Source: Paragordius varius
Lineage: Eukaryota > Animalia > Nematomorpha
Direction of reading: 5' to 3'
NCBI GenBank assembly: GCA_964247055.1
Contig: OZ176054.1
Coordinates: 4,154,001 to 4,218,000, forward strand
DNA: 64,000 nucleotides
Shown: positions 11,315 to 24,990 of the stretch, piece after piece
Layout: every line of letters starts with the position of its first letter
Numbering within the stretch: position 1 is the first letter of the stretch
Translations under genes and position numbers: made by a program
Notes under the pieces: generated by a model
Database searches by the model: none
Told to the model about the DNA's origin: nothing
The model's input: only the letters and a program-made list of their open reading frames with translations

Positions 11315-14300
11315 TTATCTGCACTCCCATATTTTAACTGATTGGTCCACGCTTCCTGTAACCACATATGGTGCACTGTGATGCATATCTAATCATTAAA
11401 ATATATTAATAAATATTAGAAATTCCGTAAAATAATGGTAAGTATTAACAGAAAATTAAACTAAAGTTATGTCTGTAAATATTCATCTATCTGTTAATTC
11501 TCGTTTAATTTATCATTATATCATGAAATTGTCATACAACATTGTCAACACATTATTAAAATATTTTATTTTAATATATAACATTACACTTCAAGCTTTT
11601 AATGCTTTAAGCTAGTTTTCCGATTACGTCACATTTGTAATTTAAATTCTAATGAGTTGTACCTTAAACTTATAAAAAAATCTGAGGAAATTTATTCACC
11701 AAAAAATATTTTATAATATGTAAGATGTCTCTAAATGTCATAGGTAAAGAGTTTCTTATACTATCTGGGGTATGCATAAAATTATCCAAAATATATTCTT
11801 AAAAAAGACTGAAAAATCAACCCATTAAATAACATCTACATCTAATTTTTTGCCAAATAGTTTATGATTGTAAAATGCTAATTTTTGTAACATTAGATGA
11901 TTTTCGTTGCTTTTAAGGAGCATTAAAAAGCTACTTATATCGGTCCTTATACAATAGAATAGATTTTTAAAAATTAATATCTTAATAATTATATATCATA
12001 TTATGGAAAGATAAATATATATAATAAAAGTCGATGTTTACAAAAATCTGTCATTCAAAAAGTAAAAAAATCTCAGCTCCATATTTCAAATCCCTGTATT
12101 TTTCAACAATGCCATAAAAACTTTTTTACCTTTTTATTAGCTTTAAAAATTAATATTTATTATTGGTTTACAGATAATTAAATTATAATGTGAATTTGTA
12201 CCATATATCTAAATTATAACTATTAATATAAATTAAAACCGTAATACCGATAGATGTGCAGAAATGTGAATGAGCCTGTATTGTTTTGATGCATCTTTTG
12301 TTCTCAAGATCCCAAACACGTATGCTTTTATCATCGGATGCGCTTAAGAAATATTTTTGATTTGGATGCATGACTAAATCTCGGACCCAATTATCGTGTC
12401 CAATCTATTTAAGAGGTTTTACTATTATAACTTGGAAAAAAAAACTTAACAATTATTAAAATTTAAAATCTATTTTATAATAAAATTAATGATATAATAG
12501 TAAATTTTACGGTACCCATTATTCTCCAAATTCAATAAGTTATAAATTATTGTTGGTATTTAAAAAATAATTCTGAAAAACAAAATAAAAATTGAGGACG
12601 AATTTGGCATTATAAAATTATAACGCGATGAGACTTTATTTGTTATTCCTTATTGATTATTTCCGACATTTTAAAATCGCAATTAGGGGGAAGATCTATA
12701 AGTTGTATTAGGAAAAAATAGTTAAGATCCTATATTTTAACTTTATAATTAACTTTATAACAAGACATACTAATTCAACATTATATATTTTTACCAAAGT
12801 AAAGAGACAATAAGCAGCCAAAATATCCCAAATTTTTATGGTTTTGTCCCGGGATCCGGATATGAGAATTTGTTTGGTATATTCTATTTCATTGATTAGT
12901 TCAGCAGTGGAATTTTGAATTTTTTCATTGACATTGTTTGAGTATAGATCAGGGGCCCACATAATGCACTCCACCACATGATCGTGGCCTCGTAAATCCT
13001 TTTTGCAATCATTCAATCCAAAATTCCAAATTTTAATGGTCTAAAAAGGTAAAAACGGGTACTAAATGAATAATGTTAAAACAATTTAAAATGGGAAAAT
13101 TAATTGAGAAATAAGAAGAATATAAACGAAAAAAGAAGATTTTTACGTATTAGTTTATAAGTTTAATATTTTTAAACAATTTAATTTTACTTTATTGGTT
13201 AATTGAACATTATGAAACGGTAATTTTCCATAGTTTATAACAGTGAATATATACAATGTGATATCATAAAGTGTGTCAAATAAAATTGGTAGATAATTAA
13301 AAGCAATTATAAATATTCAAAAAATCATCTACCAATCTATCATAAATTTAGGAAAATTTAAATATGTATAAAACTTGATCGTTTGAGCAACTTGCAAACA
13401 TTGTTCCATCCAAATTAACCCTGACGCATCTGACCCATTCTCGATGTCCATATATGGTTTTTATGCAGTATCTAAAAATTTAACGGGTCTATTAAGAAAA
13501 TACTTTTTTAAAAAAATAATGTTTCACGTGACATTGTCATCCTAATCAGAATCGATCGTAATTTTATAATATTGTACATGACGCTTTCGTGACTGCAAAT
13601 TCCGTTTCAATAAGTATTTATGAAAATTTCTAAATTATGATTTATGGACAAATATAATTATAATAAATCTTGGTTTAGAAAGAAAAAAATTAAACACAGC
13701 TTAGATTTTAAAAGTTATAATACTGATTGATGAATAGTTAAAATTGGGTTCGCCGCTATCACGGAAATAAAATTATTAATAATGCTTAAATTAAATTTAC
13801 AAAAATAATTTTGATAATTAAATTGTTTTTTTGAATATAATAAAATAATTGAAATATCAGTTTTATATCAAAAAGTAAATAATTAATTTTACATAACTAA
13901 TATGATATATCTAATGTAAATAAATAGGTAAACGATAAATATTATAAAAAAATATTTATATAAAAAATTCTGCTTATACCCTGTAGATACTTCCCATATT
14001 TTAATGGTTTTATCCCGAGATGCAGACAGAATATGTAAGGACTGAGGTGTGAACGTAACAGACGAAACATTGTGATCATGTCCTCTTAACGTTTTAAGGC
14101 AAGTCAGAGTATTTATATCCCAAAGTTTAATCGTTAAATCCGCAGAACAAGATGCTATAAAATGGGAATACCGTATTCAAACAATTTTATAAAAAAAGAT
14201 ATTTCGGCTTAACTAAACTGATTTATTGTATATTTAAAAAAATAGGTATGGTCCAAACATCTTATTTTAATAAATTATTCATTTACAACAAATTATTAAT

Positions 14301-14903
14301 CACTTTATCAATATATACTCGTCTTTAAATAGAAAATATAAGTCACCTAATAATTTTCCTGCATTGTCCATGGCTAATTCTTGAACCGAATCTGTGTGGC
14401 CTTTAAGGGTTTTTTCTAACTCGCCACTATCCATGTCCCATAGTTTTATAGTAGCATCCTCACTACTTGAAAAAACAATATTAAACAGTGGATGAAATAT
14501 GACCTAAATGTTTTATTTTTTTTAACTTTGGTTACAGGGGCTCTATGACTCAAAAGAGTATATTTCTCTGGAGGTCGCGGAATCCATTCCGTAGGTGATC
14601 GTTTGTCTGTACAAGGGGCTCCAGATAAAAACTCTTTTTCTGCTTCATTTATTTTAGTTTCTAAATCAATTATCTTTTTTTGTAATCTTATGACTGATGT
14701 CCATTTCTTTTCTAATATACCAGCATGTTTTTTATTTTCATAATCCAAAATCTATCGATAAAAAATATTTTACATTGGCTTCTTTGCAAAACTCACTCAA
14801 TGTATTACAAAATCCATTGGAGTTTAAATAATCAGCTATTGCAAAATGCCTTAAATATAATTAAAAAATACAATTCCTCCCTTTGTCTATGTGAAAGAAC
14901 CAT
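11315..14903 (-). CDS. PAFAH1B1: Lissencephaly-1 homolog (dynein regulator; LisH + coiled coil + WD40); 9 exons
   Basis: [11 protein letters not shown]|[80 protein letters not shown]. The first three introns are 22, 22 and 23 nt; the other five are about 0.2-0.9 kb; all GT-AG. Confidence 0.97.
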
Positions 14904-15839
14904 CACATCAAATGTGGGTTTCGCTTAAACATATGTCAAGTGAAAAAAAGTCGATGGATATAATCATATTTATGCTTAGCATCATTTAAAAGGCACTAGA
15001 TATATGCCTAAAAATGCCACAGGCACTATTAAATACGACCTATTTTATTGTAAATTGTTTTGCCGGTTCTGAATCCCAACATTTAGGCCTATTAAACACG
15101 AAGAATTTCGGTATCAACTTGACCACCGGTTAAGACTATATAATCTGTCTCTCAAAAAAATTAAAGACTAACAAAAATGCAAAATTTTTCAATTGAATTA
15201 TTTTTAGGAAACTTGTAGATGTATTCAAACGCTATAGTTTTTTTTATTTTTTTAAGAATGAACAGAACATAATCAAGCCACTTTTATCAATATAGCCCTA
15301 GTACTTAACCACTCTCCAAAAAAACGATATTTCAAATAAGTTAAAAAAAATTTCGAAATATTTCGCCCAATATATAAAATGAGTAGTGGGTTAAGCAATT
15401 CCAAAAGGTTAATAAATAGTTGAGCGGCTACTAAAACTATGTTTTGGGCTTTTCTCATATGTAAAAATAGCACTTTGCAAAAAAAATTTGACTTTTAGCA
15501 ATTTTTCGCCCAAGTTATGAGACAAAAAACCGGGTTGTAGTATGTAACGGCGCAGTTTACAAAAATCGAAGATTTAATAATATCTTGATCGATTAAAAAA
15601 CATTAGAATTTTTATGGTTCTTTTTGTTTTGATCCAGTGTGGTAAATTCCTTCTTATAAAATAGCAAAATTGGCGCACTTGTCAATTAAATTTTTTGCTA
15701 AAATGTATACCAAAATTTATCATCAATATATCTCATAAAATATAATTAATGACTACCTAATTTATAATATATCTTAAAATAAGATGTGGACTTCAAAAGT
15801 CCTAAATTTTTGGACCGCTGTAAAAGGTTAATTTTTTAA

Positions 15840-16390
15840 CACTCCATTTTTCAGGGTAGTTTCATTTCCCAGAGCGATTTGAAAATAAATATCTTAAAAA
15901 GTATTTAAGGTATTAAGCCGAATGTAAAAATGTGTTTTCTTTGGTTTCTTAGGCTCATTTTACACAAAATATTTTTTAAAAAATATTAATTGTGAAAAAA
16001 ATTCATCCAAACTTTTTGCCGCCATTTTTTTCTATAAATATTTTTACATCGCTAATGCAACAGGCAAATAAATATATTTTATGGTAGAAAATGTAAATAA
16101 CTAACTTTAAAAAGCTTTTAGGCTACATTTTACCACCAAAAACTTGATATATTTTGTTTTAGCTGTTTGTTTTAATCGTGTTTTGAAGCTTTCACAATTT
16201 TAGAATCTATAAGTCTCGAAACTCTAAAAAATGTATGTTTTTTTATTTAATAAATGAGAATAATATTTGATAATTAAATTTTAGCTAAAATAACTTTCAA
16301 CACTGTAGGTATTTACAAAAGTGAGTTCTTAGATACAAAACTATCCCAAAAGGTAAACTAAGACAAAAAAAGTGAAAAGGTAATGAAGTG
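15840..16390 (+). mobile_element. TTAA-associated (piggyBac-like) MITE, family A, copy 1
   Basis: Starts TTAA|CACTCC and ends AAAAGGTAATGAAGTG|TTAT. Body is colinear with 48781-49300 and 52409-52917. Confidence 0.75.
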
Positions 16391-16767
16391 TTATGATAAA
16401 CGTCCGAGATAGAGCGTATATAATGCTGGATTTGCATACTTTGCCTCGAAATTTATAGAATATAATGAAGCGTATTATATGGTATTTTATGGGATGATCG
16501 AAAGGGTATACAATTTAAAAATTATAAAAACACTTTTTCTATGTAATTACATGCTTCTGAAGATTTTTGTCGCCTAAAAAATATTCCCATTTTGAGAGTA
16601 AAGAAATTTTATAAATTATGATAGGATAGATATCTTGAGAAGCATCAAACTTTTCAAAGTGTTTCTATCCGTTTCTACCTGCCTAGATATACCATTAAAA
16701 AAGAGATCCAAAAATTTAAGAGGGATCCCATATCTAAAACTTTAAATTTATATGAAAAATAAATATA

Positions 16768-16798
<31 letters not shown>

Positions 16799-17117
16799 TA
16801 ATATGGAATGGCGCATTTAGCTTTCATTAGAATGTGCACTGATTTCGCAATTTTTTGATAGGGAACAATCACGAAATAAGTAGAATATTTCCTAATACTC
16901 ATACCCTCAAACCAAAAGCACGATTAACCCGATTACATTTTCATAATTATAATTCATTAGGATATTTTGCACTTTTATAACATTTGTTCGTCTCTAATGA
17001 AAGTATTTTGTGATTAACAAATTTTATAAACTATAAATAGAAAGATGAACGATTTTTTCAATTAACTGAGAAGGAAAAGTTGTTCAGTATCATCGAATTA
17101 TGTATAATATCCTAGGG

Positions 17118-17300
17118 CAGTGATACTCAAATCGCGGCCCATGCGCCGCATGCGGCTCTCTAAGTGTATTTATCGCCTTAAAGTATTTATTTTGATTAAT
17201 CTGAAAATGTGTCAAACAGCATTAAATCTTTATCGGTATTATGGCCCTTGGAAGCTATTTTTTGGAGAAACTTTTGATGTAGGGTGTTTTCCTACCGTTT
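17118..17300. mobile_element. Orphan hAT (Buster-type) terminus
   Basis: CAGTGATACTCAAATCGCGGCCC preceded by TCCTAGGG (nnnTAnnn); same end motif as 8638 and 54570. No matching second end found. Confidence 0.55.
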
Positions 17301-17699
17301 TAACCATACTAAAAAATACAAAAAAACACTGTTCTCAAAATTTGGCCAGAAATATTTTTTTAAAAAAGCATGCATTTAAACACTAATAATATCTGTTGGT
17401 AGGGTGACGACGAAGGGTTGTTAAAGATTGGTATTAACGTTGTGAATAATGAAGGAAATAAAAATAAATTTATTAAATACTCAAATTTTCGCCCAATGAT
17501 ATCATCAGGAGTTGTCAAAAAAACTTAAAATAAAGTACAACAAAGGAATAAATAAAATGAAATTAAATGTGTGACAAATCAATAATTATAAATTGATATA
17601 ATAGACAAAGGAAAGTAACATAAAAGAAACCGTTTTATAATCTTGTAAAGATGCCATAATCTACTATCTAATAAAAAATTTTATCGCGATATCTCAGCA

Positions 17700-17900
17700 T
17701 TTTAGCGTGTTTTCAAGAAAACTGGCCCCTTTTTTAGGGGGGCAAAAATTTGAAATATTCGTAACCCACATCTAAAAAAATTTTCTAAAAAATATTGTGC
17801 TTTTTAAATATAGTGTGTGATGTATTATTATTATTATGATATTTTTGGAATAAAGCATATAGCTTTGACCAAAATTTTTTTATTTAGTATACGTTTTAAA
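17700..17900. repeat. Partial arm of foldback family B
   Basis: CCCACATCTAAAA and TTTTTGGAATAAAGCAT.TAGCTTT match the arms at about 36520 and 50260 and the copy at about 58090. Confidence 0.6.
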
Positions 17901-17967
17901 ATTTAGCATGAAATATTACTCCACCTCGATTTTGTGCATTGTGTAAATAGATCTAAAAATATTAGAA

Positions 17968-19030
17968 TCTATATATTTATAAAAATGGAAAATGCTGGCT
18001 TTGTGATCTGGTACAGGAAAACCGGTAGACCCATTCAAATCCAAACATCGAAAAAATATAATCATTAATGAATGCCCCGACAATAGCTTCGCCCTTTTTT
18101 TGAAATAGGCCCCAACGGGTTTTTTTTTGAAAACAGAAGTCCACAAAAATCGTGTCTTTGAGACAATTTTCCGGAGAACGTGTTGGACCCTTCAATTTCA
18201 AATATGATTTTTATTTAGTTATTTTGGATTGCGCCAAACATAGTCGAGTCACTTATTTGATTTAGGCCCTCTTTTTACCCGCTCCCCCCGTAAAATGCCA
18301 CCTTTTTCAAAAAACAAAGACCACAAAAATATTTTTTTAAATTGATTTTTCGCCCTAGGTATGAGACTGTAAAAATTCAGTATGGATTCCACGTATTCCC
18401 TGTTAAAAGGCAAAAATTTTAGTCAGCGTTTCTTTGATGATAGCTGCTGGGTAAGGAGCTACCCGCTAAAAACTGATTCCTCATGTAACTTTGTGATCTG
18501 TTTCCGGAAAACCGTTGAACCCATTCAATCCAAATATCGAAAAAATATAATCATTAATGAATGCCCCGACAATAGCTTCGCCCTTTTTTGGAATTAGGTC
18601 CCCAGTTCGGGCCTACCCCGTGTGAAAAATGGGTTAAGTCAATTTTTTGGAGAACGTGTTGGACCATTCAATTTCAAATATGATTTTTGTTTACTTATTT
18701 TTGATCGCGCTGAACATAGTCGACTTACTTTTTTGATTTAGGCCCTCTTTTTACCCGCTCCCCCTGTAAAATGCCATTTTTTCAAAAATCAAAGTCCACA
18801 AAAATAATTTTAAATCTATTTTTCCCCCAAGTAACCAATAAATTAGTATGAATGCACCGTTTTAAGATTCCTATTAGATCATAGCTATTAAATAATGTTT
18901 CGAAATAATCCACATATGTAGATCATTTTATTGTCCCTTTTTTCAAATAAATTTCCCCACCCCCCCCCCCCCCCCCCCAGAAGTCCGAAGGACTTCCTCG
19001 GGCTGCGTAGCAGCACGAGATTTACGCTAG
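17968..19030 (+). mobile_element. Non-autonomous Helitron with an internal 490-bp tandem duplication and a C19 tract
   Basis: 5' end A|TCTATATATTTATAAAAATG. 3' hairpin CTCG-g-GCTGC-gta-GCAGC-a-CGAG followed 7 nt later by CTAG|T. Inserted between A and T with no TSD. Internal units at about 17999-18390 and 18489-18870 are offset by 490 bp. C run at 18960-18978. Confidence 0.8.
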
Positions 19031-19048
19031 TAATAAAATAAAAAATAT

Positions 19049-20185
19049 CAGGTTTAATTATAAGTCTTTAACGGCTTTTAGTAAAAAAGCACGTAATTTT
19101 GGAAAGATATCAATTTATTTTATCCAAAATATTGTATATCATCTACACATCGCCCCCATTAAATTTGATTGTCTTTTGTGGCAAACCATACGTGGTCATT
19201 TTCCAAGATCTTCGAAGTTATTAAGTGCTGCTCTGCGCGCGTACCTGTTGATGCAAAGAAATAGTCAGATGGCGGGTCAGGAGAATACAGCGGCGGAATA
19301 TTTTTCCATCGAAGAGATTTTAAGGTGTTTTTCGCTGGTTTTCCGTGAGACGGAACATTGTCTATAGTAAAAATGACTTGGTAATGCTTTCTGGCCCATT
19401 CCAGTCGTTTTTCGATCTTCAAATTTCTCCTTGGTGACAATATTATGTATTAACGGTTTCACAAGTTCTAAAAAGTTCATAATACACAATACCGCTTTTT
19501 TCCACCAGACGCAGAGCATGGTCTTGTCGAATCGAAATGGCCTTGGTGGTGATGGGTCGACTTGGTAAGGTAAAAGCCACGATTTTTTCCTCTTGGATTT
19601 ACAAACAACCCACCTCTCATCACCCTCACGATTCGATGCATAAATGCTCTCCTTTCTTGACGTTGAGGCAGTATTCCACAAGTCACTTTGTGATTTTCGA
19701 TTTAACGTTTATTCAAATTGGGGAAAACTATTGGTTTTTCCCATCGCTCGTAGATGCGTATTATTTTTTATGATGCATGAATGATTTCGCCAATTTCCGT
19801 TGAGTTTGAAAGTCTTCTACCATTAAATCTTTCACTTTATCGTCTTGGCAGCTGGGTGGTCTACCAGAGCCCCGACTCTCTTTCACATTGAAATCAAGAC
19901 TTTTAAATTTGCAAAACTGGTTTAATTTTAATCGATGGAATATGTTCTCCATAGGTTTCTACCAGCAGATGACTTTCAGCTGCCTTTTTCTTCCGGAATA
20001 GGAAAAGCAATGCGTGCCTCGTGCACAAAATTCCACATGATTAATGAATGATAAAGACTTGTCGGATTCAACTTTTGTCTGTTTGTCGTTTGATGTGAGA
20101 GGAACATAACGATGTATGTGTCAAATAATCGTCTGCATACAAACCGACCTTTACTAAACCGGTAATGACTCATGACTACACCTGA
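19049..20185 (-). mobile_element. Mariner transposon (Mos1/mauritiana-like ends), degenerate transposase
   Basis: TA-flanked imperfect TIRs (TA|TCAGGTTTAATTATAAGTC at the left; ACTCATGACTACACCTGA|TA at the right). Minus-strand pieces include GDERWV, KTMLCVWW and YSPDPPSDYFF (canonical YSPDLAPSDY). Frameshifted and shorter than the usual 1.3 kb. Confidence 0.9.
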
Positions 20186-20728
20186 TATATCAAATTTTTA
20201 TTTTCAATTTAATTTTAGTGTGCCAAAAAAGTAAGACATTGTATAAATCAAATTCAATAATATCTAATTTAAGCTTTTTTAAGAAGAAAGTAATGGGTAT
20301 CATAAAAATTAAAAGGAATCCATTTTGGGTGATTCTTCATTAATCAACATTTTCGAATTGAATAACCATATGACCAGCATTTTAGCAACCAGTGTTATGT
20401 CCAAGGCAAATAATCGCATCTAGGTATTATTAAAATATGTTATTTTGAGTTATGACGTTTGACACTCTTGATGTAGAGTCGCCTTATATAATATAATCAA
20501 TGTTAAAATATTGTAAATTTAATTGATAGTATATATTATCATTTGCAATTTAATTATAAAAGGACTAAAAATATAATTTTAGACGGAAAAAGCCATATAT
20601 CCTGTTTATGAAATGTGGAAATATAATGTGACATATATTAAAGATAATTACTTAATTATAATTTATAAGTTGTAATAGGAATGTTATAAATTAGATGATG
20701 CCTTAAGCAAACGATATTTAATGGTAAA

Positions 20729-23700
20729 ATGCATTTTATTATAGTAGGCTTCTATATTTTTTGCCATGTGTACCCTTTATATTCAAGTATCAACCACTTG
20801 TCGTTTAATTAATAGGTTGTGTGGCTACATTTTACCGTATTGGCAGCATTAATTCTGGTTATGATTTGGACATGTCAAGAAATGACAAAAACAAATTATT
20901 GAAATGCTTTGATACATGTAAAGAAAACAATAGTTGTATCGGATTTAACCATGATAAACAATGCAATTATTTTACCAATATTTCCGAATACGGGCACAAA
21001 ACTACTGATGATGGATACTTTAAAAAAATTTGCCTAAAGCCGCTAAGCAAGTTTAAAATTTTTTGACAATATAACCGTATGTCATGTTAATTTTAGTATG
21101 AAAAACACGTGTACATCCAAATGGGTTTTTCAATTATTTTTGCATGCTGATTTACCCCCTAATACGGCCAATAAAGTAATATGGAATGTGACCAAATTTG
21201 AATGCCTCGAACAGTGTTTTTCAAGCCCCGAGAAACAATGTTCCTCATTAGCATACAACTACTATGAGATGAAATGTTCGTTATCTTACTCCTACTTCTA
21301 TAATGGACCATATAGTCTGCTAACGAATTCGGACGCAGATTATTTTGAAAATACGTGTCATTTAGGTATGTGGTAAATTTTAATGAATTATTATCAAAAT
21401 TCAACATTGAAACTTAAATAAAATATAATAAAACAGTGGGATAAAGTATTCTGAAATATTTAAATTAATTATATAAATTTTATTTTACACTATATTGAAG
21501 GCGAGATATAGAGATAAATTTTATTAATATAAAGATATTTTAATGTAATAAAATGATACATATGGCGATATAACATATGTGTGACTGAAGTCAAATTGGT
21601 TTTTTCTTAAAAATGCTACCCTATACTTAAACATAGGGTTCGAAAACATAATTTAAAGGTTTGATATATATGCATAATTTTCAAATTATCAAAGTGTAGT
21701 AAAAGTATTTAGATATATATTTCTAGCAGTTCAAATTAACAACAAATATAATCAATTTTTCCTTAACCTAAAATATTCCTGAATAATTTACCATTTAGTC
21801 TTTTGCCTATTTTATATTTAAGTAAAATAACTTTAATCCCTTTTTATATATGGACGGGAGTCTGAGGCCAAAACGCCCAAAATTAATTAAAACAAAATTT
21901 GGACATCCCGTGATGTCAGTTTAAAAACGAAAATACGGCATGCCATTGCAAATATTTTCCCAACCTTTCTTTACGGGTGTGAAGGATGGGTCCTAAAAAA
22001 TCAAACGAACGGATAATAAATTCCTTGAAACGAAGGGTGTGGAAACTTCCAAATATGACAAAAAGAAAAACTAACAATATATAAAAATAAATTCGATCCT
22101 GATATGTCATAGCTTGGCATGTTCATCGGCATCAAACTGATCCTACTTTGCCACACTGTGAGATCTAACTCATTGGATAAGTCCTTGGTGTTTTAGTGGT
22201 CGTAAAAGGGGCCGAAGAAGAATAAGTTGGATGAACAATATTCCAAAATAAACAAATACGACCTTGGCGGAAGTCAACATTAAAACTAAAGATTACAATC
22301 TATGCAGAAGTTTTTTTTGCAATATTGCAAAATGTTGACTACGACTGTAGCGACACATCCCATTTTCCGTAATGAAACACAATGCACTGATGAGATTTAA
22401 CAAATTAAGGACGTGCAATCTTTTTCTATGGCTAATAGTAAATGCATTTGATATAAATTAGCAAGTGAACTTTTTATTCGCCAATGAAAAAACAAAAATG
22501 TATTAAAATCCGTGTGTCTCAAGTAAAATATTTAGCTATTTACTTAACGATCAACAGCAGACCGAGTATTTATTGCTTGATTTGGCGCCACCATTTTCCT
22601 ATAAAGAAATTTTATATAATCGGCGATCGTAAAACAAAATCGAAAGCAATAATCATCTACGCTCCTTTAAACAAGCCAAAATCAATTTATATCGCCCGTA
22701 GATATAGTTTCATGTAAAAATATGATGAAATTGATAAAATGATCTTGTTTATAATACAGCAAAATGATATAAAAAATGGTATTAATATTTTTATTTTCCT
22801 TAAAAATGGTTTTCAACCATTCAAAAATATCACTTTGCGGCTCTTAAGGGGGCATTTTCTAGGTTTTCTCGCGGTTTTCGCCTTGCTTGGATAACGGTTA
22901 AAAAGAAAAAAAGGCCTTAATAGATTTTCCTCTAATCTTATTGTACAATATATTATGACCAATAAATTTCATATATGTTTGCGCAGAGCGTAACGGAGCG
23001 GTTTTAAAATCCCACTTTAAGATTGGGAGGGAGGATTTTAGTGCCTAACCATTAAATTTCATTATAACCATCCTACTTTATTTATGTTTTCGGAGGCGTA
23101 ACAAAGTGTTTTAGAATATACCACTTAGGTTCAGCCCGAGAAGTGAACTGTCAAAAAGTGGATGCATTTCGAATCAAAACATACGTCTCTCTAGATATTA
23201 ATAATTTTTTATCATTTCGATTTTAAATTGCTTGGAAACAAGCCTAATTTTATTCTTCCCAAAAAACAAAACAACCAAATTTTGATCCTATTTTATTCAG
23301 TCATAGTGATGCGTAACACACAAAATATTTTAAAAATATTTTATCAAAGCAAAATTGATGATATTTGTTAGTGAGAGGATAAATTTTTAAAAAATGATAC
23401 AACATTAAGAGAAGTTTAACTACTTCTATATCTTCTTTAAACGGAAGCATGTTATCTCATATAGGTAAATATTTTTGCAAATATCACCAACAAAAACGCA
23501 ACTTTCGTTTGTCAAGAGTCAAAACGGGAAACATAAGTGAAGGTCATTGTAAAAATATATGTTCCAATTCTCATGCATGCATAGCTTACCAGTATACTGC
23601 CAACATGTGTCAAATAATACACAAAATGCACACCTCATTAACACTTAGTAAAACCGTCAATGTCAAGCACCATTGTTTAAACGGTAAATTGAATTTGCAT

Positions 23701-24990
23701 AAATTTTTTTCACGAATTATAATCTCATTATGTTTGTAGGCCATATATAATTTTAGACTAATGACACGCTATATATTTTTCTCCGGATTTTAAAATATAT
23801 AATTTTAAAAAATGTGAGGGGGGGAGGTTCAAAAAAGGGCCCTAAATTCTGGGGTGTGAACGCATAGTTTCGTTAATATATATGGGATTGAAAATATAAC
23901 CAGAGAAATCAAGCGCTTTTAAAGAAAAAACCATTTAATTATTAAATAGACATTAATGTTTCAAAGCTATTAGATTGATATATGATGGCTATCTGTGACA
24001 CAAGTCACTAAGTGCGTTGGTAATAATTAGTTGACTGTATTTATAATTAAAATTAATGACATGGCCATCAATAATATAAACTCGTTTTTAACCATCTATT
24101 AATAATTTGTCAAAAGAAAATTAGATAATATATTTTTATGTCCCTGAATATCAAACTCACAGAATAAGATGTAATCATCAAATATGACGCCTTATTGTTA
24201 AAAAATAATCAATAGTTTGGTGTTTTACTTAATTAAAGAGTGAGCCATAATAATTTAGATTTATCTTATCACTATTTATGTTTCGGACAAAGTTTTTTTT
24301 CTGATACTTACTTAATTTTACTGGCGCTGGACAAAAAATAGACTCTGGCTAAAGCTTTATGCAATTATAAAAAATTATTATTTTTCAAAAACTCCAACAA
24401 TGTTATTTTCCTTCAACCTTTGCCGTTTCACCTATTTTTACAAGAAATTTTGTAATTTAAATTTAGTTGCCCATTTGACCTTTTAAAAAAAGTTACGCAA
24501 AACTCAATGTTATATCTCGCTACTTTTGATATCTGTTAAGGTTTAGATTTTTAAAAAAATGTTTGTCTAAATTTTCCAATTTCATTTGCTAAAGAAATTG
24601 TAAAACAGGTATCACATCAATTCAACGACCTTTATATAAATTTTATAATATTGGTTGTAGTAAAAATGACATGCAAAAAAGCGGAAATAATCATAATATT
24701 TAAAACAAATACCAAATTCAATGGATTAATATATTCATATTTAAATCCAAAATGCCGAATCCAAATAAATCGAAAGTATAGTTTCAATTTTAACATTTCA
24801 CTAACTGAAAATATATTACATGATAATAATTGTAATTCCAGTATACAAGTAAATTTTGACCTAATGACAGACACTCTCCCCGAAAAAAGTATTGATCAAA
24901 AATATGCTCTATATTCAATTGAAATCAAACAAGAAAACCAATTTAGATTATTTACTACCTATTCAATGTATATATGAGATTAATAAATAA
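20729..24990 (+). CDS. Secreted protein: signal peptide + three PAN/apple domains + ZP-N domain only (NompA/NOAH/cuticlin-like); 6 exons predicted
   Basis: Signal peptide MHFIIVGFYIFCHVYPLYS, then three C-xxx-C apple repeats (CFDTC..CIGF; CLEQCF..CSS..Y..C; CKNICS..CIAY). The ZP-N-like part reads MTCKKAEIIIIFKTNTKFNGLIYS..C and, after removing a 22-nt intron (24849-24870), DYLLPIQCIYEINK*. Introns are 29 nt, 46 nt, about 2.1 kb, about 1 kb and 22 nt. Confidence 0.8.
21915..22350 (+). mobile_element. RTE-clade LINE 3' remnant inside intron 3 of the PAN-ZP gene
   Basis: Translation KIRHAIANIFPTFLYGCEGWVLK...NSLDKSL...GRKRGRRRISWMNNI matches the RTE C-terminal consensus; heavily disrupted. Confidence 0.7.

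Noticed and set aside
17916-18597. Several 70-76 aa ORFs
   Set aside because: They lie in the duplicated internal units of the Helitron and show no protein motifs.
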